A stretch of 64,000 bases of DNA from a virus. Below are positions 20,101 to 29,100 of the stretch, in pieces (position 1 is the first letter of the stretch; the number at the start of each line of letters is the position of its first letter). The stretch is taken from IMG/VR virus record IMGVR_UViG_3300032246_002986, positions 22,541 through 86,540 of that record. One strand, given 5' to 3'. Under the pieces are notes generated by a model that worked only from the letters and a program-made list of their open reading frames with translations, was not told where the DNA came from and did no database searches. The position numbers and the translations under genes are program-made.

Positions 20101-23100
20101 ACCTATCACTTTGACTGTAGTGCTGCCTGTGTAACCTGTGCCAGAACTTACCACATCTATCCTGATAACCTGATACTTGTGATTGTTATTCCAAGGCTGA
20201 TATATGGCTTTGGTTTCGATCAGGTTGGTGTCCAAGCTATTTCCCAGCTGTGGACTGCGATATGTTTTGCTAGTGGTATTGTAGTAACTGGGCAAATCGA
20301 AATCGCTCACACCAGTATTGGCGTAATCTGGACTGTTTTTATTGTCGTACTTGGCCACATATTGCTTCAACTTGGTGTGGAAAGGTTTGACTTCTTGGAA
20401 GAAGTCCGTGACAATGGTTTCTGGTTGTGGCAAGTATACTGGCAGTTTGTCCAGACCTCGGACACGGTGATAGATGTCTACGAAACTGGTTTTAAACAAC
20501 CAATCATTTTGCAGATGTTGATTAGCGGCAGTATCTATCATTATCTTGATGAGATTCTTGAATTTGCTGCGATATTCTGCAATCAGCAGCTGGTTTTGTA
20601 CCACTTCAAAAATATGTCTGAATTCTATGTTATTGTCGCTAGCGAATCCTGAAGCTTCCAGGCTTGCAGTCTGATAACCAAATCCCGCTGATACCTGATC
20701 ATATAGACTGGTGGCAAATTCGATAGTTCCATTTTGTTGGGCTATCAATTCTATGTTGTTATTGTTTATCAGCACGATTTTCCAACCATTGCTGGTGCTG
20801 TTCTTGATATAGATTATCTGGCCAACTTTAAGGTTTATATTGCTTAAATCTCGTTCTGTATCCAGGATGTAATCAAAAACGATGCTGTCGTTATACTTGG
20901 TGCTGTACCAATCCTTATAGGACCAATAATTGTTCACATTGAATTTTTGTACTTTATACAATGACCAAGATCTTGTACCCACGGCGTCGCTGACAAGTTT
21001 ATACACAGCCCATCCTTTAGCCGTGATGTCATCGCTCACTAATGCCAGATCATCTATCAGATATTCATTTTTATTAAGGAATTCCAATTCTTCATTGTTG
21101 TTTACTTTTACAGTGTATGTGTCTGCGATGGGTTCTGCATCCACATAATCCAGTGACTCCACAGCCTTGTTTCTGGTCAATACTATGGGAAACTCTGTGC
21201 ATATGGCATTCAGTTGCTCTATATAGAACTTTCTTGCAGTGAAGCTATCCTTGAATATGTTTTGGCGAGGTCTGAGATCTATACCATATTTCTCATTCAA
21301 GCTCAGAGCAGGATCCGGTACCATTCTGGTACCGCTGTCTTGGTTCGCCAGACTGTCATTTAGCTTATTAAGAAACTCTTCTGCTACACCTAGATCTGTT
21401 CCATCATCGAACAGTGTCCATTCCACGTGGACAGGTTTGGGGTTATTGATAGTTTTATATTCCACTACCACATTGGTGTCGTTATTGATTAAACTAGCAG
21501 CGTTGTAAATGGCGAAGCTGCCGGAATTAATGACAGTGGCAAAAGCATCCTGGGTATTTTTAGGATTAGCTATGGTGTTCTGGATTTCCAATGCAGTGGG
21601 ACGGGATTGACCTGGTCTCACTCTCAAGCTGTTGCGTACCCAGAAGTAGTACCTGGTCACCGGTAATCCAGTCTTGGTATCGATAACCACTTTTGTGCTG
21701 TAAACATTGTTTACAGTGTAAAGCGGAGGACTCAGCGGATTCTTAGCAGCATAATCGCTGGGGATAAGATCGCTTTCGATCCATTCGTAAATGCTCACTG
21801 TGCTGTTGGGGAAAGCCAGGGACCAGGTATTGAACTGATCCAGGGTGGATCCCTGAGTGTAGTCATAATATTTGATACTGTTTGTATCCCACCACAGGCT
21901 GCCTACTTTTTCCGGACCCCAGTTATTTTTCTTGTCAAAAGCAAAACTAACTGTAGTGGGAACGTTACTGTATGTGGCAGGATCATAATTGACACTGTAA
22001 TCGATATAACTTTCCATGCTGTTTGGCAGCTTATTTTGGAAAATGTCCACTATAGGCAATTCTTTTATCAATAAACCAGTGGTAGTGTTATACAGATAGA
22101 TCCTGGTTATTAGACTGCTATCGTGCTTAGTTTTGGATTGTCTGATAGTCTGCCAATTGGGTGTGCTAGTTTTATTATAGTAAACGTGCATCACACCAGT
22201 GGGATTGCCTAAAGTTTTACCATTCGGTGCCCCCACTACGATATACTGTTTACCTATGTCTATGCCTGTGCTGAATCTATCCAGACTGGAGATTGTCTTG
22301 GTGCTGATAAGACTCGCATATGCAAAGTTTCCGATATCATCTGCAGTCTCTGTGAGGCTTTGTTGATATTCATACAGATGTGCTGCACCGCTGCGATATA
22401 TTGTATCGTAATATCTGAGACTGAAACGATCAAAACTGGTTAAATTGTTGTCGAATGTTGTCGTCAGACGATTGTTGCTCAGTGTGGCGCCGATTACAAG
22501 GCTGTTGCCCCAATAATTCAGATTCAACTTTTCACCGAATCTTTCTGTATCCTGATTCAATGGACTGAATATTTTCTGGACCAGTTTAACTGGACTTAAA
22601 CCCAACTGACCCACGGTATTGATTAGTTCTTGTCCTGCGACAGGAACGTTGCGGATATCTAGTTTGTTGTTGCTTGTGGTATCAGTACTGTCGATCTTGA
22701 TATAACCGCTGCTGCTTATACTGGCAACTACTCCTCTGATATTTGCCTGGTTGATATCATTCACTGCACTGGCTATGGTATTACCAGTGAATGTAACTAT
22801 GAAATCATTGATACTGATCTTGCTACCAGTGAATTGTTCACTCAATGTGCTGACTGTGCCGGTCACAGAGCCGTACTGTCTTCCTACATCCACAAATCTA
22901 TAAACTATACCATTGTTGGTAGTGGTGTTATTGAAGTTAGGTGCGCTGACATAATAGCTACAACCAGTGGGACAGACAGCGACTTTCTGGCCAAAATTCA
23001 TTTTTTCCTGGCCGCTGTCTGGATACAATGTGTTTTTCAATACCAATTGATTGGTGTCGATTTTAACTATGCTGTCTGTGTCAGGAACATTAGCCAAGCT

Positions 23101-26100
23101 GATGAAATTATTTGCAGCATTATACGTAAAGCCGGACACGACACCATCCACATAAACAGTGGGATCGCTGATATTGCTCACGGTAGTGAATGTGCTGACG
23201 TTACCGTTGGCCACATATTTTTCCGCAGATCTGGCAAATAGATATGCTTGCCCATTTTTGTTATAGATGACATCTCTGGTATAAGAATGGTCCGGATCTC
23301 CCACCAAGAGCAGGCTGCCGTCGGAATTGGTACTGATACTGGTTCCCAGGCTGATGGATTCCAACTTGTCCTGATCTAACAGGCCAACTTCTTTGAACCA
23401 GCTGCTATAAGTGAGGTGGATGGCAGCGGCATTGGCTGGAGGATAATAAAAAGTTATGCTATCAGCATCTGGTGTTTTATAATAATCCACATCAGGAATC
23501 TGTAAGATACCGTCAACTGTGATTTTCACATCTCTTGCTGTCAGACTTTGGTTCAATGCATCGTTAGGAAAGGCAAATTCGCTGGTAGCACCAGTACCTA
23601 TACGGTAACTGACATTGCTGGTTACTTTCTTGTATTTGTAAGACCAGACATTATTGGTCACCACATCGCTGACATACATCCAGCTACCATCGCTGCTCAT
23701 GATTACATCAGTACCGAATGTACTACCTGGAGCCAGATTGGGATAGATGGTGAGCCTGGTACCAGCTGCTATAGTCGCAGTATTATTGATGCCTATGATG
23801 CTATACAGATTGGTGCCGCCTGGCCACAAGTTGTTGATATAGGTGTTGGCTGGTATGCCACTACCCAGTATAGCCATACCATTGGCCAGACCGGTCAAAC
23901 TACTGGTGTTGGCCAGCAAGATATTGGCATTGCTGGTGCTTGTGACGCCTGTGGTGAGATAGTTATAGTTGTCATAATGTATGACCTGATCCAGAATTAT
24001 GGCCTGGCTGTTGGCGATGGCGACATATACACTGCCCTTGCTATTATATTTTGGTGCTGTTATGGCTACCAGATTGTTGTCATTGATATCCAGGTTGGTA
24101 CCGAAACCGCTGCCACCCACATTGATATTGTTGCTGACCTGGCTGAATATCTTGACGAAGATGTTGGCGCCATTGGATACAGCACTGTTGAACACCAGCA
24201 CGTTGGGACTGTTGATGGTGTAATTGGCTGATGTGACGATGTTTCCGCCCACGCTAACTAGTGTGTTGCTGGTGCTGGCTCCATTAGGCAATATGAATGT
24301 TGTATAAGTGCCGTTACCTGTATTGCCATAGAGTTTAGTAGAGGTATAAGTCACACCTCCCTGTCCCTGGCCAGGATCTAGACTGCTTATCTCTCTCCAG
24401 TTACCGCTCTGATCCTTGTTGTAGACAAACACCTGACCGCCGAATCCTTTATCAGGTGCGCCTACAACAGTGATGCTTTCACTGGTATTGATTCTTATGC
24501 TGGTGCCGAATTGATCTGCTGGTACACTATATGTGGGACTGTGGGTCTCACTGTAGATCCAATTGGCTTTGTTTTGTTTGACAACGAACTCATCTCCGTT
24601 ATCGATGTAAACTATTTCCCCAGTCAACCAACCTCTCACAGGTGTCTTGTATGTGAAATCCTGAACGTTGCTGAATCGTACATTTGTTAACTTGTACACG
24701 TTGGCATTCAAGCTGCCGCTGCTGACAGTGCTGTTGTTGGTGATTTTCACAGTGAAGCTGGTATTGGTGGCTCTGGTTACACGGTAAAAACCGCTGAGAT
24801 CTATAACGCCGGCAGTGGTGCTACTGGAGCCAGTCTTGGCGTTCTTGAGCATGACATAATCCAGCACCACGAGTTTGTGGGGGATATCTGTTATGAAAGT
24901 TATCTCTGTGGGACTGGTCTGGTTTACGTTGATAACTTTCACATTGCCATTGGCTGAAAGTCTATAAACTCCCCACTGGTTGCTGCTGTCAGCAGCTATC
25001 CAAATCTTACTGCCTTCGCTCAAGATGGTGTTTAATTTACTAATATTGTATATTTTGTTTATATCGAACACAGTGGCATTGACATCTGTCAACTGGACAG
25101 GTCCTGCACTTGCATAGTTTTCTTTAGGTGCAGTAATGGCAGTGAATGGTTCCAGTGTGTAGGATTTGGGTTTGATCAACAGGTCTGTGTACTTCACACT
25201 GTTGTAGATATCGCTGCGCTGGTCGGTCTGGGACACAAACTCGAACAAATAATTGTTGTTTATGACTTTACTGTTGGCAAGACTGAATTCGATTTTTTCT
25301 CTGTTGCTGATGCCACCGTAGCTGCCGATCTTCACAGCCCATTGTTCTTTGATCTCCAGGTCGGTGTTCAAACGATTCTGGCTGTTACGCAGGAAGGCAT
25401 TCATTACCGCCTGTGTGCCTTTTTGCTTGATCATACCCAGATAGAACTTGTATTGGCTGGTGCGATCCATACCCAGATCCGTGAAATACTGGCGATCCTG
25501 GAATCCGAAAGCGTGTTTGCTTTGTCTATCTGCCGTGGTATTGAGGTCTGGACTGTCGCTGTCGTAGAAATTGGTGAACTGAGCTGCTTGGCTTGCCATA
25601 TTTGGCATCAGTTGCTTGTTGAGCATATCGCCGTTTATCTGATACCAGTTACTGGCGGTAAATTTCTTGTTGCCAGGGATGAAGTTTTGTGCAGCATAAT
25701 ATTGATTCTTATAGAGTACTATATCACCTTTGTAATAATCAGTGAAACTGGCCCATTGTTCCACTGGCACGTGATTTATCAGGAACCCAGGAGCATAAAG
25801 ACTACCGTTCCATTCACTGGTTTTAGCACCATCCAGACGCAATCTGAACTGTCTGCTGCCGATCTTTTCTTCATACAGCACATCGTTGAACACTGTTTTG
25901 TTATCGAACACCAGGCAATGTTCATATTGTACCACTGCTATGTCCAGCAGGTGTATGCCTTTTTGTTGGTTTTTCAGATTGATATTGAAATAATTGTCTT
26001 CACGGTATACTCTGTAATCGCGACCCGTCAACACTACCCCGTCGCTGTCTATGACTTTGGTATAGTTGTGATCATTGGTTATTTTATCCACGATACCGAA

Positions 26101-29100
26101 AGGACTGTTGAAACCCAATTTGGTTCCAGCTGGTGTGAGACTGATAACGGTGCTGCTGCCCCAATTCTGCTGATTCCAGAACAGGAATTCTTTTGCACTC
26201 AATGTGAAATCAGATATAGTGGCATTGTCTGGCAACAGGTTATCGAAAACAAAACCCTGATTTTCCAGATATCTGCCATAGCTTATCAGGAAGTCCACGA
26301 CCTGTTGTTGGCTTGTGAAAATGGTATTATAAGGATAGCTGGTGACAGAGTCGTAACTGTCCTGATAGACGATAGCACGTTCGCTACCGCTGGTGATGGT
26401 GTAGTTGTTGTTGGTGACACGGCTGGGTATCACCAGGAAGTATGGTCTTTCTTTATCGAATCCATTGATCTGGAAACCACTGGCTGTCTTCTGGATGATC
26501 ACAGCACTGTAGACGGCACGGCTCACAGGCGCACTCTTGCTTACTATCAGTTCATAATTCTCAGCAGGTATCAGGATACTGCTGTTGCTGCTCTGTGGGC
26601 TTACCTGGTCGGCCACCACTGTGAGATAACTCTTGTCAGTGAAGCCTGCCATCTTATACACCAGATTGAATGTGCTGTTTTCCACAACATCGGTCCAGTG
26701 GCTCTGGCTGTCCAGGTTCAAATATGTGAGACGTTCTTGTATCCAGATGTTTAAACCTGGCACATATTCGCTAGGGCTGCTTAATTTGAAATCGAACATA
26801 CGATTATTGTTGGCAACGTTTATGATCTGATCCAGTTTGCTGTTGTAAACCAGGTCTCTGGTATTATACTTCAATGCACAATATTCTGCAGGACGAGCCA
26901 GCATCCAGGCCAGTTGCACAGCGAATGGATAGTCACTGCTGCGTCTCCAGGCTGTCTCCTGTGGACTTTGGTCGCCTATCCTCCAATTATCTGCTGCTGT
27001 GCTGTCATCATATGATGTCACGATGCTTTGCAGCGGAGGCAACAGGTTACCGTGTTCATCCACTGGGATTATCTTGGTCAAACCTGGTCTGGAATAACGG
27101 GTATCGATATAACTGGCACTGGGATTGCCGTTATACACTTTACCTGCTTCCAGATCTTTCCACAGGCTCAAATTTTGTCCTGTGTAAGGCGCAGGTCCAT
27201 AATAGGCTTCCCACCAGGTTGGTTTAATGCTGAAACCCAGCATTTCCCAAGGATGAGTATGAGGTCTGTCTGTGTCATAGAAGTACTGATAGATACCTCT
27301 CCAATAACCAGGAACCGTATCTTTGAACAACTTGTCCGTGGCTTTGCTGTAATTGAAGCTGAATAGGTCGCTGGTCTTGACAAGTGCTTGTAGCGTATTC
27401 TCGAATACGTTGACCTTATTGTTGCTGGCCCAAGTCAAATAACTGGTGGCCAGCAGTTGTGTCCACTCAGCAAGGCTGTAATCAGTTTTACGGAAAGCAC
27501 CTGGCACCACACTGGGCAGATCGAAATTGCTGTTGTTCTGGTATGACACCTCTATGTTGTTGTAAACACGTTTTTCATATTCCAACAGGATATAGTCTCT
27601 GTAGTCGCCGTAAGCAACGGTGATGCTGCCATCGTGTCCCACTATGACCTGCTGTGCGCCGCTGCTGTAAGTGTCATCAGTGCGTATTTCAGGTATGAAC
27701 TTGGGGTATAGTCCCAGTTTAGTAGGTGTTGCTGGCACACTGCATCCGGCAGTAGTTGTGTATTCGTGTACCTTCAATACATCATTACGCACTATCGTCA
27801 GGCTGTCCAGTAATGTCAGAGTGTAGTTTACTAGGCTGTAATCCCTGTCTTTAACCAACAGAACGTCGTTGAGATAAATCAATACTGCCTGATAACCATA
27901 GGGTTTGGAAGCATAACTGTTTGTCAGATTAAATGTGCGATAAGTGGTATTTGCTATGGTATATTGGTTTATGATGTAACTGTTGCCAAACGCCACCATA
28001 TCTGTGTAATAGTAGTTGCTGGTAATCATGCTATTCTGGTTGAAATTCTGCAGGATTATATCCACACAATCTTTATAATTGCTGCTATTGGGGAATTGGT
28101 TGTTATTCAAATAGTCTATGAATTGGTATTTGAAATTCTGGTAACTTTGCGCTGCAAATACTATGGCTTTAGCAGGATCAGCATCTTGGTTAGCCAGCAT
28201 CAGAGCAGCTGGTCGTAGGCTAGCACTGTGCTGTAGCAATTTACCACCGATATTGGTGTAATTGATATCACGGAAATTATTGCTACCAGCAGCACTACCA
28301 GTCATCTCCAAGCTGTTATTGCCTATTTCGATCAGATGGTTACGCAGATCTCCCAGCGTAACTTGTGTTAAATCTTCGTTACCGCTGTTGAAGTTAAGAT
28401 TTTTAGGTATGCTGTAATCTTGCTTATAATTTAAACTGCTTCCGAATATTTTTATGAAAACACGATCAGTAGGCACCAGAGCAGTGGCGAAAGTTATCAC
28501 ACAGCTGGTATTGCTGGTTTTGATGGTGTAATCGGTATTCTGTGCTTTTAATTTACTGTTGACGTAAACGAACAGATTATTTTCAAAATAGCTGTTGCTG
28601 TATTTGACATCCAGATCGAAATTATTTGTCTGTAATTCAGTGACATCTATGGTTTTACAGATGTACTGCTTGCTCTTATCTGTAACGCTCTTCCATCCAT
28701 TGGCGAATTTGTAATTATCGTAACCATTGATGATAGCAGCATAACCCATATTGATGTTTTTTACTGTATCGGCTTTATTGTAGTTGTAATTGAATAGGTC
28801 GGTGTTGTAGTAATTTTCGAATACTATGTCGCCGATATTCCCTATGTTTTTATAGACAAGCGGAAAACCCAGTTCTGTATCACGACTGCCTGTGCCTATG
28901 GCATAATTAAACAGGTAGCTTCCTGCGAAATTACTGCTGGGATATGCACCAGTATCGCTCAAACTGATGCTGTCATTGTCCAGGATGTCGAAAAGAGGAA
29001 ACTGTGGACGACTGGTCTTCTGTTGGCAAGCGATGTATTCATTGTTTAGGAATTTGTAAACCTGTCCCTGTCTCACTGTGCCTTCCATTGCAACCACAGT

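Noticed and set aside
25342-26754. 470-aa + strand ORF and similar long antisense ORFs (20005, 23548, 33421, 38158, 39157, 59808)
   Set aside because: They lie wholly antisense to well-supported genes and have no motifs; best explained as shadows of sense-strand codon bias.
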